Source of the DNA: a virus
Lineage: Duplodnaviria; Caudoviricetes
Virus record (IMG/VR): IMGVR_UViG_3300049190_000028
Coordinates: 1-54,722 of that record
DNA length: 54,722 nucleotides
Strand: one strand, 5' to 3'
Part shown: piece by piece, positions 27,518 to 36,604 of the stretch
Numbering within the stretch: position 1 is the first letter of the stretch
How the letters are laid out: every line of letters begins with the position of its first letter
Translations under genes and position numbers: made by a program
Notes under the pieces: model-generated
What the model was told of the DNA's origin: nothing
Seen by the model: only the letters and a program-made list of their open reading frames with translations
The model's database searches: none

Positions 27518-27996
27518 GCTGCAGCCCTTCCCTGCACCAGCTGCTGACTCAGCTCCAGCAGATCCATCTCGGCGCCATACTGCGCCTCGAAGCGAGCCTT
27601 CCACGGGTGGCGGCTGACCTTGCCGAGCTGCTGGCCGTTCTGATGATGGCCGGGGTCGCACAGGCAGATCGTGAACAGGTGGCCAATGCGCTGGCCGCCG
27701 CTCAGGATGTGGTGCACGGCGCCGGGCGTGCCCGGGTGGCCATCGATGAGGCAGGCGATGCAGCCCAGTGCAGTGATCGAGTCCATCCAGGCTTTCTCGG
27801 CCACGGTCGCCGTACGCTTGCCGGGCTTCGTCGGCGACGCCTTCGGCAGCGCGATGACGGTCTCATCGATGACCGCGGCGCTGCAGGGTCTGGTCAGCCG
27901 GTACGCCGGCACCGGTGCGCGCTCGGGCTTGGCGAGCTTCTTGAAACCGGCTCCGCGGGCCAGGGGCTTGCCGCGCTTCATTGGGCTGCGCTTCAT
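27514..27996 (-). CDS. Ref-like (recombination enhancement) HNH nuclease
   Basis: LGCIAC...VHHI...HLFTICLC..HH; basic N-terminus. Confidence 0.75.
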   Translation of the reverse strand: MKRSPMKRGKPLARGAGFKKLAKPERAPVPAYRLTRPCSAAVIDETVIALPKASPTKPGKRTATVAEKAWMDSITALGCIACLIDGHPGTPGAVHHILSGGQRIGHLFTICLCDPGHHQNGQQLGKVSRHPWKARFEAQYGAEMDLLELSQQLVQGRAAA

Positions 27997-28199
27997 CGCG
28001 CGCCCTCCAACACTCGCCACCCGGCCTCGCTCAAGCGCCCGCGTCCAGGAAACGGCCACGCTCTCAGGAGGCCATTGCGCGTGCAGTTGGACTCGACCTC
28101 TGCAGCCTTGCCCGATGCGATGCCGTCGCCCGCGGGGCGACCATCACGCAGGTTGGCCAGCAGACGAAGCTGCGCTTTCGTTGGCTTGTAGGCGCTCAT
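27993..28199 (-). CDS. Small hypothetical protein
   Basis: ATGA-coupled ORF. Confidence 0.5.
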   Translation of the reverse strand: MSAYKPTKAQLRLLANLRDGRPAGDGIASGKAAEVESNCTRNGLLRAWPFPGRGRLSEAGWRVLEGAR

Positions 28200-28744
28200 G
28201 CCGGCATCGCCTCTCCGCGCTCCGCCGTGGCCTTCTGCGCCTTTCGCAGCGGCGGCCGGTACCGCACCGCCTCCCGCTCGTCGAACGTGAAGACGAACTC
28301 GACGCCCCATTCGGTGGCCGCGTGCGCCAAGACCTGATCGATGAAGTCGGAGCGGGCGCGACCGGTCAACTGGGTCAGGCTCTTCTCGACCTTGCGCGGC
28401 ACCTTGCGCTTGGAGGGCCTCCAGTGTCCGGTCCTGGCGTCGCGGACGAAGGGTGCCTGGACCATCACGAAGCGGTCGGGGATGAACAGCTCCTTCAGGT
28501 GGCGCTTCCAGACCTCCTTCGTGTAGCGCACGCCCTCGACGGCGACCTGCTCGCTGATCTGCTTCAGGATTGGCCCGTGGATGAAGCGCAGCTGCCGCAG
28601 GGTCAGCGTGTCGCCCTCCGCGGTCAGCTCGACGTGCGGGCGCTTGTCGTCGTCGAACATCGCCTTACCGGCCTGGTACACGGCCGTGATCGCTGCGTGC
28701 CACTCTTCGGGCGTACTAGCAGTGCGTTCCATCAGCGCGGTCAT
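28196..28744 (-). CDS. NinB-like protein
   Basis: TLRQLRFIH..LKQISEQV...EVWK...SLTQL...FIDQV.AHA..WGV. Confidence 0.65.
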   Translation of the reverse strand: MTALMERTASTPEEWHAAITAVYQAGKAMFDDDKRPHVELTAEGDTLTLRQLRFIHGPILKQISEQVAVEGVRYTKEVWKRHLKELFIPDRFVMVQAPFVRDARTGHWRPSKRKVPRKVEKSLTQLTGRARSDFIDQVLAHAATEWGVEFVFTFDEREAVRYRPPLRKAQKATAERGEAMPA

Positions 28745-28989
28745 GCTGGAGCCCTTTCCCGGTCGGTCTCGGCCGCCTTGACGACAGCCTCATGAGTCAC
28801 GCCGACGGCGGCGAGTAGGTCGCGGTGCCGGCGGTCCTGCTTGCCGGCGGTGCGGCAGCGGTGGAAGTCCGGGCCGCGAGCGACAGCGCGCGCAGCACAG
28901 CCCTTGCAGCCGGAGCGGTAGCCGGCGTGTAGGCGGTCAGCCGCAGCGGCCAGGCAGTCGGGGCAGGCGGTGGCGTACAGATCGGTCAT
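28741..28989 (-). CDS. Small Cys-rich protein
   Basis: CPDC...CKGC; coupled. Confidence 0.5.
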   Translation of the reverse strand: MTDLYATACPDCLAAAADRLHAGYRSGCKGCAARAVARGPDFHRCRTAGKQDRRHRDLLAAVGVTHEAVVKAAETDRERAPA

Positions 28990-29399
28990 GCGGCCACCCT
29001 GTTTCCTGCCGCGGCTTGGCACCACGCCCAGGCCTTGAGCTTGTCCTCCGGGCTGGAGACGGCGAGCAGTTGGACCGCGATGTCCAGCGCGTCGCACAGC
29101 GGCTCAGCATGCGCCTGGTCCCAACGTGAGCCGCCGTCCGTCATGGCCACCAGCCGGCCCATCGCTTCGGTCAGTGTGCCGCGCACGTCCTGCGGATCGT
29201 CGAAGCCCTCGGCGGCCTTGCACGCCATGCCCAGCGCTTCCGCAAGGCCAATCAACAGCGAACCGCCGGGCGCGCCATCGGCCATGGACTGAACCTGTAG
29301 GGCGGTCGCGGTGAACCAGCGACGCAGATTTGCACGCTCGACGGCGCGGGCGACTGGGTTCCTGGCCAGCACCATCGGGACGTTGATGGTGATGCTCAT
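28986..29399 (-). CDS. Hypothetical protein
   Basis: ATGA-coupled ORF. Confidence 0.55.
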   Translation of the reverse strand: MSITINVPMVLARNPVARAVERANLRRWFTATALQVQSMADGAPGGSLLIGLAEALGMACKAAEGFDDPQDVRGTLTEAMGRLVAMTDGGSRWDQAHAEPLCDALDIAVQLLAVSSPEDKLKAWAWCQAAAGNRVAA

Positions 29400-30328
29400 G
29401 CCGCGACGGCCTCCGCCCACTTGCGGCACTGGACGGACGAGACGACGCTCGGCGCCTGGGTGACGGTGAAGCGGTCCGGCGGCGTCGGCGCCCGGGTGAT
29501 CTTGGCTCGGGACATGTCCAGTTCGCCAGCGATGTGCGCCGGGCCCTTCGGCACGACGACGCGCGGCGCCGCAACGGCAGTCACCTTAAGCTTGGCCAGT
29601 TGGCCAGCCGCCTTCGTCTCGGCCTTGAGCCGGTCCTTCAGCTTCTTTGCCTCGGCTTTCTCGCGCTGGTTGGCGGCGGCCTTGGCTTCTCGCTCCAGGC
29701 GAGCCCGCCGCTTGGCCTGCTCGCGCTCCGCGGCCTTCATGGCGGTACTGTCCGAGCGCTGGCTGGCCTGGCCCTGTCCCGCGTGCTGGGCCGCCCGCTG
29801 GTCCGCGGCCTCTGCTGCCCGGCGCTTGGCCACCTCGCTGCCGCGGTGCCGCAGATAGCTGTCGCGCGACCGCTTCGCCTGACGCTCCTTGTGCTTGGCC
29901 GCTCGAGCCTCGTCATAGGAGCGCTTGAACGCATCGCGGGCGTCGGCGGTCGGGAAGTAGACAGTCTCGGCTGTCTTCATCGTCTGGGACACACGCGCCA
30001 CGGCCAGGAACGCTTCGCCCTTGGCCACGGCGATCTGCATGATGCGCGCCATGCAGGACTTGGTCTTGATGCCGATGGCCGCCGCGATGGCGTTGCGGGG
30101 CGTACCCTCTGGCTTGAGCAGCGGGCGGATCTGCTCGATCCGGTCGTCGATGAACATGTAGTTGTCTCGCACGTTGATCTCCTCGGATAGAGGTTGCAGG
30201 CCTGCGCCGTCATGACCTGGAGGGCACAGGCGCTGGGAAGGGGTTTGGTCTGGGCTGGCGGCGTGGAAGTGGGCGCAGTGGTCGCGCCTCGTGCACCAGC
30301 CGCCCATGCAGGACTGCAGCGCACTCAT
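29396..30328 (-). CDS. Hypothetical basic coiled-coil protein (possible DNA-binding)
   Basis: Coupled ORF; HTH-like segment followed by Arg/Lys/Ala-rich coil. Confidence 0.55.
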   Translation of the reverse strand: MSALQSCMGGWCTRRDHCAHFHAASPDQTPSQRLCPPGHDGAGLQPLSEEINVRDNYMFIDDRIEQIRPLLKPEGTPRNAIAAAIGIKTKSCMARIMQIAVAKGEAFLAVARVSQTMKTAETVYFPTADARDAFKRSYDEARAAKHKERQAKRSRDSYLRHRGSEVAKRRAAEAADQRAAQHAGQGQASQRSDSTAMKAAEREQAKRRARLEREAKAAANQREKAEAKKLKDRLKAETKAAGQLAKLKVTAVAAPRVVVPKGPAHIAGELDMSRAKITRAPTPPDRFTVTQAPSVVSSVQCRKWAEAVAA

Positions 30329-30975
30329 GCCGCTTCTCCGTGCATTGGCGGCGGCAGCGCAGCCAGCGCCGGCACGGCGGCCAGACGCTGCACCGCGGCG
30401 CCGCCGGCGAGGACCTGCAGGGCGAGTTCCCGGTTGCCCACCAGTCGCGGCTTCGGCGGCGCCATGCCAACCTTTGCAAAATCATCTGCGCCGCTTCCGG
30501 CGCCCGTCAGGCGGGCGGGGTATTCCGAGGGAGCTCCGCGCGCCGCGTAGGCCCGGTAGGACTCGCAGAAGCGGTGCTGCAGATAGCTTTGCTCGTCGAA
30601 CGGCGTGCGGCAGAACTTGGGCCAGCCGCCGTGGTCAACGATGCAGAGGTGGATCAGCGGATCGTCGAAGACAACATCTGTGTAGGCGCCGACGTCGCTC
30701 AGCGCCGCCGCGACCTTGCCCCAAGCGATCAGCGCGCGGTCGGTCTGCGTGCCCTGCAGGTGCTTCACCAGGTCCGCGACCTTGGGCGGGAAGCGGCCGC
30801 TTTCCGGGTCCTTGGCGTGCGCCTCGAAGGCACGGCGCACCTGCTCGAAGTCGACGCCGCGACAGGCGTTCCAGAACAGGTCCTGCGTGAAGCTGGAGAC
30901 GTCCTTGCCGTAGTAGGCCATAACGTCGGACAGCAGCACCGAGAACGGCTTCAAGTCACTGGGTCGCATGGTCAT
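30325..30975 (-). CDS. Replication protein, helicase-loader-like (DUF6475-like)
   Basis: FPPKVADL, VVFDDPLIH...GGW; directly follows the initiator. Confidence 0.75.
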   Translation of the reverse strand: MTMRPSDLKPFSVLLSDVMAYYGKDVSSFTQDLFWNACRGVDFEQVRRAFEAHAKDPESGRFPPKVADLVKHLQGTQTDRALIAWGKVAAALSDVGAYTDVVFDDPLIHLCIVDHGGWPKFCRTPFDEQSYLQHRFCESYRAYAARGAPSEYPARLTGAGSGADDFAKVGMAPPKPRLVGNRELALQVLAGGAAVQRLAAVPALAALPPPMHGEAA

Positions 30976-31912
30976 CCTCCATCTCGCGTTGCTTGCGGGC
31001 TACCCAGTCGTCGGCAGCCGCACGGTTGCGCTGCTCCTGGGCCTCTTGTCGATTCGGCTGCTGGCGCCGGCCGCAGCGCTCGGCTACCGCGGCAGAGAGC
31101 CATGTCTCGGGGTTGATCGGCCGCTCGACGCAGGCGGCCTGAATGGCTTCAAAGAGGACGCGGCGGTCGGCACCGGCGGTCTTGATGCGCTTACCCAGGC
31201 CGCCGACGAACAGCCTGGCCTTGGCTTCGCGCTGCTTGGCCTCGCCCGCCGCTTCGCTGTAGCTGGGAATGAGAAGACCCAGGGCGCCGTTCCAGAGCAA
31301 CACTTCCTCTGCTTCGGAGAGGTCCCGACCTTCGATTTGAAGCGCGGCGCCTGCGGCGATCACATCGGCGGCGGCGCCGCCCGATGCGTCAGCATCGGAA
31401 TGCTTCTGTTCCTGTTCCTGCTCCTGCTTCTGTTCCTGCTCCTGGTTAAGGAACCGTTTCTGAACGGTTGCCGAAGGGTTCGGCGCCGGAGGCATAGGCG
31501 GGGGTGGCAACGGCGGCGGCTCGATGCCAAGAGACGGGCCGATTTCAGAGAGAAAACGCTCGCGCCATGTGCACTGATCCGGCACGCGCGCGACCACCTT
31601 CGCGGCGGCCTTACGCTGGTTCGGGTTCTCAGGCGGGTTCCACTCCAAAAACTTCGTTACCCAAACCCACAGGGTTGCCGAGCAACGCGTTGCAAAACCC
31701 TTTGCGGCGAGGTTCTCGAACCCTTTCGAAACCCTTTCCGGAGTCCACTGCAAGTCTTCGCAGACGTACCCATCCGGCACCCGGAACACGCCTGCGATGG
31801 TCGCGTGCTTGCAGATCAGCAGGTACAGCACCAACGTGCGACCGTCCTCGCTGAGCGAGCGGAAATCGTCGCTCTCGTAGATGCTGCTGAAGACCTTGCC
31901 GTACTCGCGCAT
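30956..31912 (-). CDS. Replication initiator (O-like)
   Basis: LSEDGRTLVLYLL N-terminal wHTH, WNPPENPN, EQEQ linker; internal iteron-like repeats. Confidence 0.8.
   Translation of the reverse strand: MREYGKVFSSIYESDDFRSLSEDGRTLVLYLLICKHATIAGVFRVPDGYVCEDLQWTPERVSKGFENLAAKGFATRCSATLWVWVTKFLEWNPPENPNQRKAAAKVVARVPDQCTWRERFLSEIGPSLGIEPPPLPPPPMPPAPNPSATVQKRFLNQEQEQKQEQEQEQKHSDADASGGAAADVIAAGAALQIEGRDLSEAEEVLLWNGALGLLIPSYSEAAGEAKQREAKARLFVGGLGKRIKTAGADRRVLFEAIQAACVERPINPETWLSAAVAERCGRRQQPNRQEAQEQRNRAAADDWVARKQREMEDDHATQ
31451..31740. repeat. Iteron-like repeats (AACCSTT core); probable replication origin
   Basis: gaaccgtttc...gaacggtt...gaagggttc (31451-31481); aaaccctttg, gaaccctttc, aaaccctttc (31695-31740). 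Confidence 0.55.
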
Positions 31913-32253
31913 CAGCCGCACCTCGAATAGATGGAGCCACCGCGGCTGCCGTGGCCGCGCCGGCGCTTGCACTCGCCGATGACCACGATCAGCCCGCGGC
32001 GGAGCATCGAAGCGAACACCGAGCCCATGGCCCGGCCGTCCTTGAAGCCGACGACCTGCTGCACGTAGTCGGTGATGTCCTCGCCGCTCGCCGGGCCCGT
32101 GGCGAGCTTGGCAAGCACTGCCGCCTCCGCACGCGCAACGAAGCCCGGCGCGTCGCGCTCTGCCCGGTCGGTGGCCAGCTGGGCGCCGACCTCGCCGACG
32201 GCGCGGGCCGTGGCCAGGTCAGGAGGGCGGACGTCAAGGGTGGCTTGGCTCAT
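31912..32253 (-). CDS. Hypothetical wHTH-like protein
   Basis: Coupled ORF, DGRAMGSVF...RGLI. Confidence 0.6.
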   Translation of the reverse strand: MSQATLDVRPPDLATARAVGEVGAQLATDRAERDAPGFVARAEAAVLAKLATGPASGEDITDYVQQVVGFKDGRAMGSVFASMLRRGLIVVIGECKRRRGHGSRGGSIYSRCG

Positions 32254-32414
32254 GGCTTGTGGACAGGAACGGTGCGGAGCTGGCCATCGGTGTTGCGCTC
32301 GATGCCCGGCTTGTCAGTGGCACGCCATTGCTCTACCGCGGGCGGTGCCGGCGTCGGCGCAGGCCGAGGCGGAAGGACCAGCGGCTTGTCGGTGGGGTCG
32401 GTGGGGGTGCGCAT
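32250..32414 (-). CDS. Small Pro-rich protein (54 aa)
   Basis: Fills the gap with TGATG and ATGA overlaps. Confidence 0.4.
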   Translation of the reverse strand: MRTPTDPTDKPLVLPPRPAPTPAPPAVEQWRATDKPGIERNTDGQLRTVPVHKP

Positions 32415-33643
32415 CAGGCGGCCTCCGTTTCAACGTTGGCGAACAGGGGCGCGTCAGCGGCGATGCGGCGGCGCGCGATGGCGATGTAGTCCGGGTCCAA
32501 CTCGATGCCGATGGCGCCAAAGCCTTCCAGCTCGGCCGCCTTGAGGGTCGAGCCGCTGCCGAGGAACGGGTCAAGTACTACGCCGCCAGCCGGCGTTACG
32601 AGGCGGCACAGGTACCGCATCAGGTCAGTAGGCTTGACGGTCGGATGGTTGTTCTGGCGGACGGTCTTGCCGCGCTGGTAGGCGTTGTCCGCTTGGACCT
32701 TGCGGCCATCGTCAGTAGTCTGGCCTTCGAGGCCTTCGAGGCCTTCGTTGCGGTCGGCGCGGTCAGCCTTTGCGCAGTAGAAGAAGCGCGCCGCACTGCC
32801 CGAGTCCAAGCGGCGCGCGCCCGGCTTCATCTTGAAACCCACGGCGCCGGTGTTGTCGCTGTTGGCGCTTGGCTCATGCCCGCGCTTCATCGCGCCGTAG
32901 ACGGTGCCCGTCTTGCGTTCCTCGGCGTCGAACTTCACAGGGGCGATCTGACCGGGGGCGATCGGGAACGCCGCCAGCACTTCATCGCTGCCGTCGTGGA
33001 TCAGGTTGGCGGGCCAGCGACCCAACTCGTGCGGTTGAGCGACGACGCCGGGCGTGCGGACCTCATCGACCGTGTGACGCGTCGGTAGGCCGCCGGCGCC
33101 GGTGATGGGTGCGCGCTCTTCGTCTTCGACGAGGATGCGGCAACCGTCGATGTTCAGCGCCCCGGTACCCCACTTGGCGAAGTTGGCGGCAACGGTGAGG
33201 CCCTTCTCCAGCGGCTTGCGGCACATAGCAACCGGCTCCCAAGCCGGTTTCAGCGCGGTGCCGCCCCACGGCCCGTTGTGGCTCTTGGGGAAGCCGCTGC
33301 CGAAGGCCCAGCCTACCTGGTCCCGAACTTCAAAACCGGCGTCCTCGATGGCGCAGACCATGCGGTGATAGGTGCGGGTGCCGCTGAAGGCCAGTAGGTA
33401 GCCGCCGGGCTTCAATACGCGGAGTGCTTCGGACCAGGTCGTGACGTCGAAGGCCACGCCAGTGCCGTCCCACTTCATGCCCATGAAGCCGCCCATGACC
33501 TTGCCGCGGGTGGCTTCGCTGCGGCCGCCGGGCCGCGCGCTGGTCAGTTCGTAGGGTGGGTCCGTCACGATGGCGTCGACGCTGTTCTCTGGCAGCGTGC
33601 GCATAACGTCGCGGCAGTCGCCCTGAAGGATTCGGACCGTCAT
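32414..33643 (-). CDS. Orphan N6A/N4C DNA methyltransferase (beta class)
   Basis: TDPPY, HPTVKP, VLDPFLGSGST. Confidence 0.93.
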   Translation of the reverse strand: MTVRILQGDCRDVMRTLPENSVDAIVTDPPYELTSARPGGRSEATRGKVMGGFMGMKWDGTGVAFDVTTWSEALRVLKPGGYLLAFSGTRTYHRMVCAIEDAGFEVRDQVGWAFGSGFPKSHNGPWGGTALKPAWEPVAMCRKPLEKGLTVAANFAKWGTGALNIDGCRILVEDEERAPITGAGGLPTRHTVDEVRTPGVVAQPHELGRWPANLIHDGSDEVLAAFPIAPGQIAPVKFDAEERKTGTVYGAMKRGHEPSANSDNTGAVGFKMKPGARRLDSGSAARFFYCAKADRADRNEGLEGLEGQTTDDGRKVQADNAYQRGKTVRQNNHPTVKPTDLMRYLCRLVTPAGGVVLDPFLGSGSTLKAAELEGFGAIGIELDPDYIAIARRRIAADAPLFANVETEAA

Positions 33644-33801
33644 GCAATCAGCCTCAGTTGACCCGCGCGCTCCAGCTCCTCGGGAGTGGGGCGGCCCGCG
33701 GTTTCAGCCGCTGCAGGGGCGGCAGGCTTCGCCGCCTCTTTGCGGCGCTTGGTAGCGAGCCTCTTGGCGCGAGCCATGGCGGAGCGGTTGGACTTAGTCA
33801 T
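33640..33801 (-). CDS. Small basic protein
   Basis: ATGA-coupled. Confidence 0.4.
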   Translation of the reverse strand: MTKSNRSAMARAKRLATKRRKEAAKPAAPAAAETAGRPTPEELERAGQLRLIA

Positions 33802-33950
33802 GCCGTCGCCGACTCCTCGTCGATCACTGCCTGCACCGTCTCGACGGCCTGGCCGGTCTCGCCGGCCACCTGAGCAACGGCGTCTTCGTGACCGAGGGTG
33901 TTGCGGGCCTCGCAGTAGGCGGCGAGGACGTATTGCTTGTTGACGACCAT
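33798..33950 (-). CDS. Small hypothetical protein (50 aa)
   Basis: GGAGACCAGG upstream; MVVNKQYVLAAYCEAR... Confidence 0.45.
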   Translation of the reverse strand: MVVNKQYVLAAYCEARNTLGHEDAVAQVAGETGQAVETVQAVIDEESATA

Positions 33951-33977
33951 CCTGGTCTCCGGTGAGGGTGGAAGGGT

Positions 33978-34277
33978 TCAGGCGCCGGCCGGAATGGCCG
34001 CGGCGCTCTCGGAATCGGCGCCCTGCCCTCGCGGTGCGGCCGCCATCAATCGGGCGCGATAGCCCTTGGGATCGCACTTCCCCTGCAGGTGCATCGCGTG
34101 GGCGTGCTTCGCCGGGCAGTCGCTGCAGAACTGGAACTCCGGCCGGTAGGCGCCGTCCTTGAACGGCAGTACCTTGCCGGCGGCCTGGGCGCTGCTCAGG
34201 TACTCCACCCATTGCCCGCGGGTCTCGAAGCACGCGGGGGCCGGCGGCGCCTTGATGAAGATGACGCGGCGGTCCAT
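33978..34277 (-). CDS. Cys-rich hypothetical protein
   Basis: PACFE...FCSDC...GKC. Confidence 0.6.
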   Translation of the reverse strand: MDRRVIFIKAPPAPACFETRGQWVEYLSSAQAAGKVLPFKDGAYRPEFQFCSDCPAKHAHAMHLQGKCDPKGYRARLMAAAPRGQGADSESAAAIPAGA

Positions 34278-34280
34278 AGC

Positions 34281-34526
34281 TCAGCCAACCAATCCGGCGG
34301 CCTCCGCGGGCAGCGGATTGCCCTGCAGCACGCGAGAGACGAGACTGGCTTCATGCACCTTCGCCTTCGCCCAGTCGCCCAAGATCTCGTTGACCAGCTC
34401 AGTGCGGGTCTGCCCCTTGCTCAGGCTCACGGCGTCAAGCACCGACACCGTCATGGCCGGGCACATGCCGCGCAATTCGATGTGTCTCTCGTTGCCGCGG
34501 GACAGCAGCAGGTCTTCGTCAGCCAT
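34281..34526 (-). CDS. Regulator at the CII position (ribbon-helix-helix-like)
   Basis: GGAGG RBS; ELRG...VLDAVS...RTELVNEIL; downstream of cro. Confidence 0.55.
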   Translation of the reverse strand: MADEDLLLSRGNERHIELRGMCPAMTVSVLDAVSLSKGQTRTELVNEILGDWAKAKVHEASLVSRVLQGNPLPAEAAGLVG

Positions 34527-34777
34527 TGCGAGGCCTCCCAGTGAAATCGTTGAATGAACAGGCCAAGGAGTCGCTGGCCTTCTGGCTGCGGCACTGGATG
34601 GAGATGGCGGCAGCAGAGCTGGCGCGCCGGGCGATGCAGAACGCGCTCGCAGCGCAGGACCTGCGCCAGCGGGTTGCGCAGATGCCGCCGCAGAAGCGGT
34701 GATGGCGCCGAATGGGCGGGCGCCCTGCCCCGGATACGCTTGCGGCTTCCACACCAGCAAGCCCAGGGAGGGCACCC

Positions 34778-35023
34778 ATGACGGAAGTCGAGACGCTCCG
34801 CGCCGAGATCGAAGCGATCAAGCTCATTTGCATGTGCCTGCTGCAGAACATGCCAGCGCACGAGCGATCCAGCGCCATGCACGACATAGCAAAGACGGCG
34901 TCGCTCTACTCCGATCGGCTGCTGTTTCAGCCGATGCCGGATGCGCAGCGCGAACACATGAACACGGTGATTCGGGCGCTTTCCGAGCCTCCGCGTGCGC
35001 CCGGATCGCCACAAGGCGCCTGA
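34778..35023 (+). CDS. Small counter-oriented hypothetical protein (81 aa)
   Basis: GGAGGG RBS; helical protein. Confidence 0.55.
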   Translation: MTEVETLRAEIEAIKLICMCLLQNMPAHERSSAMHDIAKTASLYSDRLLFQPMPDAQREHMNTVIRALSEPPRAPGSPQGA

Positions 35024-35235
35024 CGTTCTCGGCAGCGCGTTCGCCAGGACGCGATGCTTCAGCGGTTGGTCGAGGATGCAGCCCGCTCGACCTGAGCAGC
35101 TGGTCCGCGAGGTCGTCCGGCTCCTTCCCGACCGCTGCCGCCGCGAGCCGCGCACGAACATCCGCCAGAGCGGACCGCATGTGCCACGGCAGCGGAGGGA
35201 CCGGCGCAACGCGGCGTCGTTTGCAGCGCCTCATG

Positions 35236-35547
35236 TCAGGCCTCCTGTGCAGCAGGAGCTGTGACGTCGACCGCCGGCGGAACGGGAGCGCCCTTGGCGC
35301 CGACCAGATCGGGCCACTCGCGCCACCAGTCATCGGGTCGCAGATCCCACCGCATCACCGGACGCTCCGAAGCGCGGTTCAGTGGATGAATCTCGATGGC
35401 GATGCAGAGTCGGGGCGGGACAGGCCGCCAGGCCGGGTCAGATTGCTCTCTCGCCCAGCCGCTGACGGTGGGCTGCGAGATGCGGAGCGCGTCGGCCATT
35501 GCGACCTGGTTGCCGAAGTTTTTGATTGCCCGTTGAACACCGTTCAT
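35236..35547 (-). CDS. cro: Cro / YdaS-like HTH regulator
   Basis: GNQVAMADALRISQPTVSGW HTH; RWDLRPDDW..WPDL; divergent from cI. Confidence 0.85.
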   Translation of the reverse strand: MNGVQRAIKNFGNQVAMADALRISQPTVSGWAREQSDPAWRPVPPRLCIAIEIHPLNRASERPVMRWDLRPDDWWREWPDLVGAKGAPVPPAVDVTAPAAQEA

Positions 35548-35553
35548 GGGCTG

Positions 35554-35618
35554 AAATATAGGCAATGCGCTTACTTCGGTCAAGCGCATTGCACGTTATA
35601 GGCAATGCCTGTTGGAAT
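35554..35618. promoter_or_regulatory. oR: pR, putative pRM and repressor operators
   Basis: Minus strand TTGACC-N17-TATATT-N7-ATG(cro); three GCAATGC-core sites; 23 bp shared with pL. Confidence 0.85.
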
Positions 35619-35624
35619 GCGCGA

Positions 35625-36095
35625 ATGCTGACGGGGAAGGAACTAGGAGCCGCGATCAAAGCGGCAATGAAGCTGAAGGGCGTGACCCAGCAGGACGTCG
35701 CGACCGAATTCGGCGTCATGCAGCCATCGGTGTCGGCCTGGACCCGAACCGGCCGCATCGACAAAGAGCACCTAGACCATCTGATGGCCTACTTCGCTGA
35801 CGTCGTCGGCCCGGATCATTGGGGCTTCAAGGCCTTTACCGTCAACTATGACGAGGCCCTGGGGCAGGCGATCAAGCGTGTCAACGAGGAGTTGTCGCCA
35901 AACGGTGTTCCGCCCGGCATGTCGCTCCGTGCAATCAGTTTGGCACGGCGGTTTGACTCGCTGAAGGACGAAGAAGCCCAGCGGATCGTGTACGCGTTGA
36001 TGGACAACGCGCTTCAGCAGTTCGAGGGGACGCCACCGCAAGCCTCGCCGCGCGCACCGCGTAAGCCAAAGCGTCCACCAGGTTCCGATCGCTAA
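35625..36095 (+). CDS. cI: CI-like repressor: XRE HTH without S24 autoprotease domain
   Basis: TQQDVATEFGVMQPSVSAW HTH; 156 aa; no Ser/Lys peptidase motif. Confidence 0.85.
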   Translation: MLTGKELGAAIKAAMKLKGVTQQDVATEFGVMQPSVSAWTRTGRIDKEHLDHLMAYFADVVGPDHWGFKAFTVNYDEALGQAIKRVNEELSPNGVPPGMSLRAISLARRFDSLKDEEAQRIVYALMDNALQQFEGTPPQASPRAPRKPKRPPGSDR

Positions 36096-36528
36096 AGACG
36101 CCCACCGGAATGCCCTTCCTAGCGAGGTCGGCAGCGATGCCGCGAAACGCCTGGACTGTGCAGTCGTTCCCGACCATCGCCAAGCCGCTCGAGCTTGATG
36201 TGCCGCAAGCCCAGTTCAGAAGGGCAGAATGCATTCGCAGCACATCGACGTGCTGACCAAGCATGTGGATCACGATGCCGCAGCTTGGCTCAATGGGGCA
36301 CCCAAGCGCTTCTCGGACGGCTTCTGCCGCGGCGGCGGCATGTAGGTTGTTGATGACGATGACGCGCAGCGCCTGCTGCTCGATGACCTGGAACGCGGCT
36401 GACAAGTTTCTTCCTCCCGTCGCTGCAGCCCCAATGCTGAGGATGTTGCCAACCCCCGATGTGGTGCCCGGTATACCTTCCAGGGTCCCGTTCTCGTAGG
36501 GGTTGCGCCTCGTACCATCAAGTGGCAT
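35935..36528 (-). CDS. Hypothetical alpha/beta protein, weakly STAS/SpoIIAA-like; overlaps the cI 3' end
   Basis: Open 197 codons; ...RKGIPVGVFSDRNLVDALAYA; has its own promoter. Confidence 0.5.
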   Translation of the reverse strand: MPLDGTRRNPYENGTLEGIPGTTSGVGNILSIGAAATGGRNLSAAFQVIEQQALRVIVINNLHAAAAAEAVREALGCPIEPSCGIVIHMLGQHVDVLRMHSALLNWACGTSSSSGLAMVGNDCTVQAFRGIAADLARKGIPVGVFSDRNLVDALAYAVRAARLAVASPRTAEARCPSTRTRSAGLLRPSASQTAVPN

Positions 36529-36542
36529 GCGCGACAGATGTC

Positions 36543-36591
36543 AGTGTGACGACGGCGCCCTGCAATGGCAACTACCAGGAATACGTAAGTA
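36543..36591 (-). promoter_or_regulatory. Leftward promoter with abutting 20-bp box (candidate LuxR site A)
   Basis: TTGCCA-N17-CACACT; CTACCAGGAATACGTAAGTA (36572-36591) immediately upstream of the -35. Confidence 0.6.
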
Positions 36592-36604
36592 GCAGGCAGC
36601 GTTG

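Noticed and set aside
30319-30331. Third copy of the GCACTCATGC hairpin motif
   Set aside because: Arises from an ATGA gene junction and the stem is broken
31400-31445. CTGTTC/CTGCTC tandem repeats as a VNTR or CRISPR
   Set aside because: They encode the EQEQ linker common in phage replication initiators; no spacers
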